From: Candidatus Multivoradales bacterium
Lineage (GTDB): Bacteria; Acidobacteriota; Thermoanaerobaculia; Multivoradales; JAHEKO01
Length of the DNA: 64,000 nt
NCBI GenBank assembly: GCA_965248055.1
Contig: CBDFIJ010000004.1
Location: 2,400,001 to 2,464,000 of the forward strand
Direction: 5' to 3'
Shown: in pieces, positions 37,769-46,325 of the stretch
How positions within the stretch are numbered: position 1 is the stretch's first letter
How the letters are laid out: each line of letters opens with the position of its first letter
Position numbers and translations under genes: made by a program
The notes under the pieces: generated by a model
What the model saw: only the letters and a program-made list of their open reading frames with translations
What the model was told of the DNA's origin: nothing
Database searches by the model: none

Positions 37769-38455
37769 TCAGGGGTCGAGGGTAATTGCCGCTAGGTTGC
37801 GCCCAGCGTGGACTCCATCGCGACGATAGCTCCACAGAGACTCTGGCGAGCATTGGGTACACGTTCTCACTTGCACCACATGATCTCCTGACTTGAGTTG
37901 CAACTGAGACAACACCGCCAGCCCAAGGTCTAGATGAGGATTGTTCGCGGGCTTGTAGACGACCGACCGCTTGGAAACAACCTGGGCAACACGGTCTGCC
38001 ACTTGGTTGCCGACTTGGTAGCAGCACGGGCCGATGTGCGGGCCGATCCAGACATTGAGTGCCTGGGTTGGGTCCAAGTTCTCCTGCACCGACCGAGGCA
38101 CGATTTCGCCAGCAATTCCACGCCAACCGGCGTGGATCGCCAGCGTAGTGCTGCCGTCAAACAAGAGAATCGGCACGCAGTCGGCGGTGGCAATCAAGGA
38201 CGTCACTCCAGCTTGGTTTGAAGCGATTGCGTCCGCTGGAAGAAGGCAGCTTGCGGGCGGAACCACACGGATCGACGCCGAGTGAACTTGGCGAACAGAG
38301 GCCACTTGCGTGGGGGTCGGATGTAGCGGCCATGGGGTGGACCGATAGTCACCGATTGACTTGCCGATCAAGACCACGGTGGCACGACCTGAGCGGCCGC
38401 TCCAGTTCCATCCCGAGGGCGTGCGTTGAAGCTTTACGTTGTCTATGATCGGCAC
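37769..38455 (-). CDS. pgeF: YfiH/PgeF family (laccase-domain) protein
   Basis: QVHS, TADCVP, HAGWRG, IGPHIGPCCY, CT.C, SYRR; start uncertain (ORF extends to 38524). Confidence 0.88.
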   Translation of the reverse strand: MPIIDNVKLQRTPSGWNWSGRSGRATVVLIGKSIGDYRSTPWPLHPTPTQVASVRQVHSASIRVVPPASCLLPADAIASNQAGVTSLIATADCVPILLFDGSTTLAIHAGWRGIAGEIVPRSVQENLDPTQALNVWIGPHIGPCCYQVGNQVADRVAQVVSKRSVVYKPANNPHLDLGLAVLSQLQLKSGDHVVQVRTCTQCSPESLWSYRRDGVHAGRNLAAITLDP

Positions 38456-38529
38456 GAATCCGCCTAGCTGGGTCGATTCTGGCGCCCTGGATGAGCGTCT
38501 GCTGTAGCCTAGCGCCTCAGCCACTGATC

Positions 38530-39225
38530 ATGATCCGATTTCACCGCGTCCAACGACACTACGCCAACGGCCAGCGCGCCCTGGATGACATCAGTTTTGA
38601 AGTTAGACCTGGCCAGTTCGTGCTTTTGACCGGACCCAGTGGTGCGGGAAAGACCACATTGTTGCGTATGGTCTATCGCGGTGAGGTGCCGACCGCAGGC
38701 AAGGTGGTGATCAACGGTGTCGACATCGCGTCTTTGTCGCCACGCCGGGTGCCTTTTCTACGCCGTTCGATCGGCATTGTCTTTCAGGATTTTCACCTAG
38801 TGCAACATCGAACGGTTCTGGAGAACGTGGCTACCTTGCCACGAATTCTCGGCAGGTCGCGAGACGACCAGCTGAAACTCGCTCGCGAAGCCCTGGAGCG
38901 AGTCGAACTCGCCGACCGTATCGACGCCAAACCCACCGAGCTTTCCGGTGGCGAACAGCAGCGGGTCGCGGTTGCCCGCGCGATTGTTGAACGTCCTAGC
39001 ATTTTGGTTGCGGATGAACCGACCGGAAATCTTGACCCGCGGTTGTCAAGGGAGATGTACCGGTTGTTTGTTGAGATCAACCGTTTGGGTACCACCGTGT
39101 TGATCGCCACCCACGCACCAGATCGTGCACCGCTGGTCAATCCACGGGTGATTGTGCTCAGCCACGGGCGGCTGGTGGCGGACGCCATCTTGCGCAATGA
39201 AGGCTCCAAGGGAGGTGGGTCGTGA
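38530..39225 (+). CDS. ftsE: Cell division ATP-binding protein FtsE
   Basis: GPSGAGKT, PFLRR.IG.VFQDF, LSGGEQQR, ADEPTGNLD; followed by ftsX. Confidence 0.92.
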   Translation: MIRFHRVQRHYANGQRALDDISFEVRPGQFVLLTGPSGAGKTTLLRMVYRGEVPTAGKVVINGVDIASLSPRRVPFLRRSIGIVFQDFHLVQHRTVLENVATLPRILGRSRDDQLKLAREALERVELADRIDAKPTELSGGEQQRVAVARAIVERPSILVADEPTGNLDPRLSREMYRLFVEINRLGTTVLIATHAPDRAPLVNPRVIVLSHGRLVADAILRNEGSKGGGS

Positions 39226-40112
39226 GGGGGCTTCGGATCGCGGCTTATTTTCTGCGACACGGTTGGCGCTTAGCGGCTGGCAGTGGTCGTGATGTTGTAC
39301 TGGGAGTGTTGGCGATTGCCATGGCCTTGCTGCTGTGGGGCGTGGTATTACTAGTGGAAGAGAATCTTGGCCGCTCGATGAGCACCTTTGGAGGCGAGCT
39401 CAAGGTCCGGGCCTATCTCAACCCAGGGACCTCGGAAACCGAGCAACAAGAGCTGATGGAGACCCTGAGCTCATCCACCGTTCTTGAGGACCTGCGCACG
39501 GTGGCTGCGGACCAAGCGATGGAAGAATTGGCGACCGCATTTCCCGATCTTGCCTCGGTATCCGGCGCAGGGAGGGGCGTGGCGAGCGGTTATTTCGAGT
39601 GGAGTTGGCTTGCTGAAGTGTCCGACGAAGCTCGCCTAGCCTTGAGTGAAGAAGTCGCGGCGCAGTCCAGTGTCGCTTGGTTGGACGACGATCGACCTTG
39701 GCGCGGCAGACTGTTGACTGCGTCGGCGCGCTTGAGAACGATCGGAGTGGTGCTGGCGGCGCTGAGCGTTCTAGCTGCGGGTTTTGTCGCCGCTGCGGTA
39801 GTTAGGCTTTCGGCTTACCGTCACCGGGTGGAACTGGAAGTGGAGAGGCTCTCTGGGGCCACTGAACTCTATGTGCGTGCACCGTTTCTGGTCGCAGGGC
39901 TGCTGCAAGGACTTGCCGCCGCCGGGGTTGCACTAGGGCTGTTGTATGGATTTTGGAGTGGCACCCAAGGACTGGTTGGCGACACCATCTTGACGGATCT
40001 GATCGTCGACCAATTTCTGTCGCCCCTCAGGATCAACTTGGTGCTGGTTGTTGGTGCCGCTGCCGCCATGGCGGGAGCAGCCTTGGCGCTGGGAGAGTCT
40101 GCCGATTCTTAG
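39222..40112 (+). CDS. ftsX: Cell division permease FtsX
   Basis: Four TMs with a large loop; RLSGAT..YVRAPF..AG; coupled to ftsE. Confidence 0.85.
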   Translation: MRGLRIAAYFLRHGWRLAAGSGRDVVLGVLAIAMALLLWGVVLLVEENLGRSMSTFGGELKVRAYLNPGTSETEQQELMETLSSSTVLEDLRTVAADQAMEELATAFPDLASVSGAGRGVASGYFEWSWLAEVSDEARLALSEEVAAQSSVAWLDDDRPWRGRLLTASARLRTIGVVLAALSVLAAGFVAAAVVRLSAYRHRVELEVERLSGATELYVRAPFLVAGLLQGLAAAGVALGLLYGFWSGTQGLVGDTILTDLIVDQFLSPLRINLVLVVGAAAAMAGAALALGESADS

Positions 40113-40357
40113 TCGGTCGAGCCACCACCTTGGATTCTGGCGAACTCCGCCAACACCTTCTGTTTTTCTCGTTCTATCGCTTGGAGCTCTCTTGCCCTCT
40201 GCTCCAGCTCTTGATTCTCGTTGTCGATCGCCAGACGGTAATTGCCTTCTTCGTAGGCGTCTACGCCTTCTTGCCAGCCCGCCAAAAGTGGAGCGGAGAA
40301 AACAAGAGCGCCAAGCAGCAATAGCCAACGATGAGTGCGGTTATTAGGTTGCATCAT
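40109..40357 (-). CDS. 82-aa internally deleted paralog of the adjacent TPR protein (possible pseudogene)
   Basis: SAPLLAGWQEGVDAYEEGNY vs SAPAFAGWEEGVAAYKARNY; C-terminal coiled coil aligns with that of 40545..41702; GGAG RBS. Confidence 0.65.
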   Translation of the reverse strand: MMQPNNRTHRWLLLLGALVFSAPLLAGWQEGVDAYEEGNYRLAIDNENQELEQRARELQAIEREKQKVLAEFARIQGGGSTD

Positions 40358-40445
40358 TGAGTCTCCAATCCCCAAAAGGTGGGCGCGCCGCGAATGGGTG
40401 GTGCAAAAGGAACGCCACTCGCACGCATTAGCCTGCGACTGATAT

Positions 40446-40474
40446 TTAGACGGCACAGCGGGGACGTAAGTTCC
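40446..40474 (-). promoter_or_regulatory. ECF (RpoE-like) promoter
   Basis: Minus strand GGAACT-N17-GTCTAA, downstream of a terminator; same motif recurs at 44642-44670. Confidence 0.6.
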
Positions 40475-40492
40475 CTAAGGCAGCCACACGAG

Positions 40493-40522
40493 AAAAAAGG
40501 CCACCCTTCTGGGCGGCCTTTC
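40493..40522 (-). terminator. Rho-independent terminator of the exbB...TPR operon
   Basis: Minus strand AAAGGCCGCCC-AGAA-GGGTGGCCTTTTTT. Confidence 0.8.
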
Positions 40523-40544
40523 GACTGATCGTTGTCGTTGGCTA

Positions 40545-41702
40545 TTAGCCGTTGTTCTGTAACTTTTCGAGCTCTTCCCTCAAACGCCGCTCTTCATCGG
40601 CCAACTTAGCTAGTTCCCGTGTTTCAGCGTCCACATCGGCGTTGAACTTATCGGTTTCTTCGTTCTCGTTGACCCGAGTAACGCCTCGCGAGTCCCCAGC
40701 CTTCTCGTAAGCGGTTCGCGCTTGCGGCCAGTTCTTCTGCTTCTCGTAGACGAATCCCAAGGCGCTCCAGATTTTGGCGGTGTTGGAACTGTTGTTGGTT
40801 TTGCGTAGTGCGTCTTGCAAGCTGTTCGCAGCGGCGGAGTAGCTTCCAGTCGCAGTCTGTGCTTGACCAATGTAGTAGGTCGGCAACCAGTCGCTGTTGT
40901 TGGCCGATGCGGCTCTTTGGAAGGTACCGATGGAGTCGGCGTATTGCTTGCCGCCGAGTTGGGCTTGACCCAGTCGCATCAAGTTATCGAAGCTGCCACT
41001 GGCCGAAACCAACCGCGTTGCCGCAGCTACGGACTTGGCGTATGCCGCTCTTTTGCCGCTGTCGCTACGCTCCTCGCGACCCTGGCGTAGTGCTGCGTCG
41101 GCCAGTGCGCGCAGCTTCTCTGCGTCGGCACTCAAGGAGACTGCTTTGTCCAACGCACTTACCGCTCTGCCGGTTTGTCCATCGTTGAACAGCATCACCC
41201 CATATTGATACTGCGTGTCCGCGTCGTTGGGGTTCTTGGCGACCGAGTCGCCGAGCGCAGCGATTGCGCTGGAAGTGTTACCACTCTTTTGCAGGGCAAT
41301 CGCTTTCAGTTGGTTGACCGAAGCTTGCTGACTCGAAGGCAGCGAAGCCACGTTGATCTTGGAAAGCAAGGTGGCGGCGTCGGCGTAGCGGCTTGCTTTG
41401 ACAAAAGCCTGCCCCAGGACGACCTGTGTGCCGACGTTTGCTGGATCCAAGTCATAGGCCTTGCGTAGAGAAGATACTGCCTCCTGGGCCCGGTCAGCGG
41501 CCAAGAAAGACCTGCCAAGCATCATGTGGCCACCGGCGTACTCTGGCTGTGCGCCGACCACGCCTTGAAACTCTTGGATTGCCTGTGAGTAGTTGCGCGC
41601 TTTGTAGGCTGCGACACCCTCTTCCCAACCTGCGAAAGCGGGAGCGGACAGTAGTAAGCCAAGAGTGACTCCTGAGCGTAAAATTCTTTGAATTCGGGTC
41701 AT
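40545..41702 (-). CDS. Exported TPR-repeat protein with C-terminal coiled coil
   Basis: Signal peptide (AFA), multiple TPRs, AAGGAG RBS before ATG 41702. Confidence 0.85.
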   Translation of the reverse strand: MTRIQRILRSGVTLGLLLSAPAFAGWEEGVAAYKARNYSQAIQEFQGVVGAQPEYAGGHMMLGRSFLAADRAQEAVSSLRKAYDLDPANVGTQVVLGQAFVKASRYADAATLLSKINVASLPSSQQASVNQLKAIALQKSGNTSSAIAALGDSVAKNPNDADTQYQYGVMLFNDGQTGRAVSALDKAVSLSADAEKLRALADAALRQGREERSDSGKRAAYAKSVAAATRLVSASGSFDNLMRLGQAQLGGKQYADSIGTFQRAASANNSDWLPTYYIGQAQTATGSYSAAANSLQDALRKTNNSSNTAKIWSALGFVYEKQKNWPQARTAYEKAGDSRGVTRVNENEETDKFNADVDAETRELAKLADEERRLREELEKLQNNG

Positions 41703-41775
41703 ATTGGTTAACTCCTTAACACCAACTGAAGGTGCCAAAAAAAGGAAAACTGCAAAGGGGGTGCCACCCCGTCCA

Positions 41776-42315
41776 TCAGTTGGATTGCAACGCTACGTGG
41801 TGTGAGGTGATCAAACCGTAGAGAACCTTACACACTTCAAAGGGTGACTGATTCCAGGTTCGGGCGATCTCAGTAATCGACCGGCTTCCATCAATGCGAC
41901 GTACCACTGCCCACTCTTGATGACTAAAGGTAACCGAGGCGCTCGGGTCTTCGGGTTCGGAAAGCATCGGTACTTGCTCCAACGAACCGATCTTTTGCGA
42001 CAGTAGGCGCCATTCGTCTTGTCGACGGGCAGCTTCCATCAGCAACTGGTTGTTGGAATCGGTAATCGTGCGATCGGGAGGTTCGACCCCAGCGGTAAAC
42101 ACGAACTCACCCGACTCCCAGGCTGCTATGTCGTAAACAGCTTCATTCCCGGTGAGTGTCCCTTTTGATCCGAAGACGATTTTTCCTTCTTCAAGAAATA
42201 TTTGCCCCTGGTTGGAACCGTTCTGTACCGCAAACACTCCAGTTTTTTGCGAAGCCGCAATCAACTGGATGAGGTCGGCCAGGGATACATCGCTGAGTGA
42301 ACCTTGAAGTGCCAT
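41776..42315 (-). CDS. DUF4388-domain protein
   Basis: MALQGSLSD.SL.DLIQ...KTG, W..G.F.F, LLMEAARRQDEW; C-terminal wHTH-like segment. Confidence 0.85.
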   Translation of the reverse strand: MALQGSLSDVSLADLIQLIAASQKTGVFAVQNGSNQGQIFLEEGKIVFGSKGTLTGNEAVYDIAAWESGEFVFTAGVEPPDRTITDSNNQLLMEAARRQDEWRLLSQKIGSLEQVPMLSEPEDPSASVTFSHQEWAVVRRIDGSRSITEIARTWNQSPFEVCKVLYGLITSHHVALQSN

Positions 42316-42340
42316 AGGACCTCCCTCTACTAAGGGCGGG

Positions 42341-43057
42341 TTAGTTCATCTTGAAGTTGACGGTCAAGGTATAGATGACGTCAACAGGACGTCCGTCGGC
42401 GGTGGTCGCGGGCTCAAACTTCCACTTCTTCACCGCATCCACAGCCGCCTGATCGAGACCCATGGGAAGGCCCTTGAGCACTTTGACGCTGGTGACATTA
42501 CCTTCTTTGTCGATAATCGTCTCCAAGATCACGATGCCTTGAATCCGTGCTTTGCGAGCGATCTCGGTGTACACCGGATCCGGGTGGTAGATCTTGGCGG
42601 GAGCTTCAATGTCACCACCGACGCGAATCGGTCCGGTGAACTGCTCCGGCGGAGCTTCCGGGATGTCAAAGACGATGTCGTCGGTTGGGATATCGAAATC
42701 CTCGTCAATTTCCTCTTCCAAGCGAATCGGTTCCGGCTCATCGGGTGTCGGATCAGGAATCGGGACCTTCTTCGCTTTGGGCTTGGGGACTTCCTGCTGT
42801 TGTTGCGGTGGAGGGGGCTTGAATCGCACCTGCTGCATCACGTAGACCTTTTGCTTCTCTTGGGCTTGGGTGGTGCTGGTGGCCTTCGGTACTGCTATGA
42901 AGAGAAGCGCCACATGAACCGGGATTGCAATTGCCCAAGCAATCCGACTGAACCTCCGATCTTCGCGCTCTTCGAGCGCGTAGATTCCGTATTCGCCAGC
43001 GGCCACATCAATGGGGGCAGCGGCCTTGCTGATTTTGGGCTTATTAGCTTCGCTCAT
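42341..43057 (-). CDS. tonB: TonB energy transducer
   Basis: TM with His, Pro-rich linker, P.YTE.ARKARIQG.V...A..AVKKWKFEPA. Confidence 0.9.
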   Translation of the reverse strand: MSEANKPKISKAAAPIDVAAGEYGIYALEEREDRRFSRIAWAIAIPVHVALLFIAVPKATSTTQAQEKQKVYVMQQVRFKPPPPQQQQEVPKPKAKKVPIPDPTPDEPEPIRLEEEIDEDFDIPTDDIVFDIPEAPPEQFTGPIRVGGDIEAPAKIYHPDPVYTEIARKARIQGIVILETIIDKEGNVTSVKVLKGLPMGLDQAAVDAVKKWKFEPATTADGRPVDVIYTLTVNFKMN

Positions 43058-43079
43058 CGTTCTCCCCGTCTGGGTTCTG

Positions 43080-43517
43080 TTAATACCAGAACTGTTCGAC
43101 CTCGCGTTGGGTTGGAATAGAAATATTCTCGACTTTCAGCCCGATTCTGTCTTCCGCTTGACGCAATTCGTCGAATACGTCCACCATGTAGCCATATTCG
43201 GAATCCTGGGAAGGACGGATAATTACCGGTTTTTTGGGATTGTTCTCAAGCTTGGGCTTGAGGTACTCTAAAACCTCGCTCAACGGCATCGGTCTGGTGT
43301 CGACGATCAGTTGGCCACCTGGTTGGATCTCGATCAAAACCGAATCCTCTTTTTCGACCTGTGGGGGGCTGTCATCGTCCTTGGGCAGGGCGAAGTCCAA
43401 ACCTCGAGTGGCGGCAAAGGTCGTTGTGATCATGAAGTAAATGATCAACAAGAACGCGATGTCGGCCATCGACGAAGTCGGAATTTCGTCTGAAACATCT
43501 TTCTTTGAAAAGCGCAT
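43080..43517 (-). CDS. exbD: ExbD/TolR family protein
   Basis: SMADIAFLLIIYFM; Y..MVDV.D.L. Confidence 0.9.
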   Translation of the reverse strand: MRFSKKDVSDEIPTSSMADIAFLLIIYFMITTTFAATRGLDFALPKDDDSPPQVEKEDSVLIEIQPGGQLIVDTRPMPLSEVLEYLKPKLENNPKKPVIIRPSQDSEYGYMVDVFDELRQAEDRIGLKVENISIPTQREVEQFWY

Positions 43518-43519
43518 CC

Positions 43520-43954
43520 CTAGGCTCCTTGGCCTTCGATCGTTTCCTGCTGCGACAACAGGTAGATCACCCGTGCTTTTGCTTGCTTGAGCGCGTCGAC
43601 CACTCGGTCGACGGTCTCATACGAGACCTCGCGGTCAGCCTTGAGCACGAACTCCTTATCTGGGTTCAACGCCAGAACTTCAGCGGCGAAGGACAGGACG
43701 TCTTCCGGTCCCGGTACTACGCTACTGGTTTGCTCCCCGTCGCTGACCCGTATCCGACCGCTCTCGGTTACCGAGATGTAGGCAGCCTTCTTAGGGATCT
43801 CGAGGCGGATGGCGGTCTCTGGCAGCGACACCGATGTCTTGTCCACCTCAAAAGTGATGGTGAGCATGAAAAAGATGATCAATAGGAATGCGATATCCGC
43901 CATCGAAGCCGTCGGGATGATCGCCGCACTTTGCTGTCCGCGTTTAAGACTCAT
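43520..43954 (-). CDS. exbD: ExbD/TolR family protein (second copy)
   Basis: SMADIAFLLIIFFM; LKAD..V.Y..V..V.D.LK.A. Confidence 0.9.
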   Translation of the reverse strand: MSLKRGQQSAAIIPTASMADIAFLLIIFFMLTITFEVDKTSVSLPETAIRLEIPKKAAYISVTESGRIRVSDGEQTSSVVPGPEDVLSFAAEVLALNPDKEFVLKADREVSYETVDRVVDALKQAKARVIYLLSQQETIEGQGA

Positions 43955-43975
43955 AATTCCCCGCTTCTCTCCTGA

Positions 43976-44620
43976 TCAAGCGGAGGTTCCGCCCTTGCGG
44001 TCCATATCGTTGAATGTCTCGATCAACATGTTGGAGGAGGTCTCTACATCGCGCACGAACTTATTCACCTTGGACATGAAGTAGTTGTAGAGAACCTGGA
44101 AAGGAATGGCTACTGCAAGTCCTCCGGCGGTTGTGGTCAGTGCTTCTTTGATACCCGAGGCAACCAATCCAGGGTTGGACAGACCTGCTTCAGCCAGCGC
44201 GTCGAAGGAGCTCATCATGCCGGTGACGGTACCGAAGAAACCGAGTAGTGGAGCAACATTGGCGACCGTCGCCAAAACCGGCAGTCGGCGCTCGAGGCGG
44301 CCCATCTCATAGAGGGCAGCATTCTCGATGGTCTTTTCGATCTCTTCCTTGTCATGACCGTGCTTGAGCAGTCCAGCCTTCATGATCGAAGCGATCGGCC
44401 CCTTGTATTGTTCGCATACCTGAACGCCGTCCTGGATCGAACGGTTTACTAACAGGGCTTTGCGCAATTTGGCAAGGAATTCATTGACGTTGACTTTGGC
44501 CTTGCGCAGAACCAGGAACCGCTCAATGCTGACGACCGTGGCGAGTATCGACAGGAACAACAAGATCCACATGATCCACCCGCCCTGGTAAAAGTACTCG
44601 ATCAGTTTGAAATTGCCCAC
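43976..44620 (-). CDS. exbB: MotA/TolQ/ExbB proton channel
   Basis: APLLGFFGTVTGM; GI.EAL.TTA.GL.VAIP. Confidence 0.9.
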   Translation of the reverse strand: MGNFKLIEYFYQGGWIMWILLFLSILATVVSIERFLVLRKAKVNVNEFLAKLRKALLVNRSIQDGVQVCEQYKGPIASIMKAGLLKHGHDKEEIEKTIENAALYEMGRLERRLPVLATVANVAPLLGFFGTVTGMMSSFDALAEAGLSNPGLVASGIKEALTTTAGGLAVAIPFQVLYNYFMSKVNKFVRDVETSSNMLIETFNDMDRKGGTSA

Positions 44621-44641
44621 TTCAAGAACCTCCGTAAATGT

Positions 44642-44670
44642 TTAGACCAATGGCGTGTGCCTTTGGTTCC
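44642..44670 (-). promoter_or_regulatory. ECF (RpoE-like) promoter upstream of exbB
   Basis: Minus strand GGAACC-N17-GTCTAA, 21 nt upstream of the GTG start. Confidence 0.6.
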
Positions 44671-44848
44671 CTCCGTCACCGTGGGTTCTCCGGAGGCCAT
44701 CCTTTGTGGCTCCTTGGAACGGTCTAACGGTGGTGTTGGATGTCGTATTCAACATGTTAATTGCACCCTCTGAGGGTAGCGCGGGATGTTAGCACGCAGC
44801 CTGGAATACGGGCAAAGATCGAACTCACTGGTTCGTCTAACGGTCGCG

Positions 44849-45352
44849 CTACGCGGTGGTTATCCTATCGGTCAGTCGTTCGAAAGCTTCTCTGTGGGCA
44901 CAGCAAATGGCAACCGCCAAAGCGTCTGATATGTCGTGTTTGAGCGCCTCGCTGGGTAGGCTGAGAAGCAGCCGGACCATGTGTGCCACCTGATGCTTGT
45001 CTGCCCGACCGTGCCCGGTGACCGCAGACTTGACCTGACTCGGGGCGTATTCTCGGATGGTCACTTGGTGCGCTGCCACCGCTGCGATCAGGGCTCCCCG
45101 GGCTTGAGATAGGACGATCAACGAGCGGGGATTGATCCCGGCAAACGGAGTCTCCAAGGCGACCACTTCGGGGCGGTACTTGAAAACTAGCTGGCTCATT
45201 CCCTGGTGCAGAGCCGCCAATCTCTCGGCGAGCGGGGTCTTGGCCGTGCTCGACAAGACGCCAAAGTCGACGGCATCCAGTTTGCTGCCTCGAGATTCGA
45301 CCACGCCATATCCAGTCGCCTGGCTACCGGGATCGATGCCCAGGATCAACAC
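44849..45352 (-). CDS. ruvC: Holliday junction resolvase RuvC
   Basis: ILGIDPG, EY.P.QVK.AVTG.G.A.K.QV, D..DALAVAIC. Confidence 0.96.
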   Translation of the reverse strand: MLILGIDPGSQATGYGVVESRGSKLDAVDFGVLSSTAKTPLAERLAALHQGMSQLVFKYRPEVVALETPFAGINPRSLIVLSQARGALIAAVAAHQVTIREYAPSQVKSAVTGHGRADKHQVAHMVRLLLSLPSEALKHDISDALAVAICCAHREAFERLTDRITTA

Positions 45353-45358
45353 TTGGGC

Positions 45359-46105
45359 TCAGGCTCCTTCGGCCATGAGGTCGGCGTCGATCTCAAAGTT
45401 TGCCCAGACATGTTGTACGTCATCGTGGTCCTCAAGAAACTCCATGAGCTTGAGCAAAGACTCCACGTGGTCGTTGCCGACTTGGATCGTGTTTTTGGGG
45501 AGCCAAGCGAGTTGCGCCGACGCCAACGGTACCTCACGACGGTCCAGTTCTGCCCGGAGCTCCAGATAACCCTCCGGCGTGGAAAAGATTTCGTGCGTCT
45601 CGCCGTCGCTGGAGAAATCTTCCGCGCCAGCCTCGATGGCGATTTCCATCAATTGTTCTTCGTCCATCGAATCGGCGTCGACGGTCAAGTAACCACGCTG
45701 ATCGAAAATCCACGCAACACAGCCGTTCTCTCCCAGGTTCCCCCCGTATTTGGAGAGCAGGTGGCGGACCTCGGCAACCGTACGATTCTTATTATCCGTG
45801 AGAACTTCGACCAAGATCGCCACCCCACCGGGGCCGTAGCCTTCGTAGGTAAGTTCTTCTAGGCCGCCTCCTTCCAGTTCCCCGCTACCCTTGAGGATCG
45901 CGCGCTCGATGTTTTGACTGGGGACGTTGCTGGCTTTGGCCTCTTGCACCGCGGCTCGTAGCCGATGATCGTTGTCCGGATCAGCTCCACCCAAGCGTGC
46001 CGCGACGGTGATCTCCTTGAGCAGCTTGGTCCACAACTGGCCCCTGCGCGCGTCGGTCACTGCCTTCTTGCGCTTGATCTGCGCCCACTTACTATGTCCA
46101 GCCAT
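45359..46105 (-). CDS. yebC: YebC/PmpR family protein
   Basis: MAGHSKWAQIKRKK, YEGYGPGG, TDNKNRT, DDVQ.V.AN. Confidence 0.96.
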   Translation of the reverse strand: MAGHSKWAQIKRKKAVTDARRGQLWTKLLKEITVAARLGGADPDNDHRLRAAVQEAKASNVPSQNIERAILKGSGELEGGGLEELTYEGYGPGGVAILVEVLTDNKNRTVAEVRHLLSKYGGNLGENGCVAWIFDQRGYLTVDADSMDEEQLMEIAIEAGAEDFSSDGETHEIFSTPEGYLELRAELDRREVPLASAQLAWLPKNTIQVGNDHVESLLKLMEFLEDHDDVQHVWANFEIDADLMAEGA

Positions 46106-46325
46106 TTGTAATTCTCGATCGTTTCGTAGTGTGAAGATTGGCAGCGACGAAGCTACACAATTGAGGTGCCCACGACTTGCAATGCCCGAATTCTAGCGGA
46201 TCGGAGGTGGTGGATTCGATTGACGGAGTTGGGGTCGAGTGTTAGAACGGAATTGCGTTGACCGCCCAACTTCGGAAGTGAGGGAATCGAATCCGGCGTA
46301 GGTTGCATCAAGGAGTAGTACAGCC

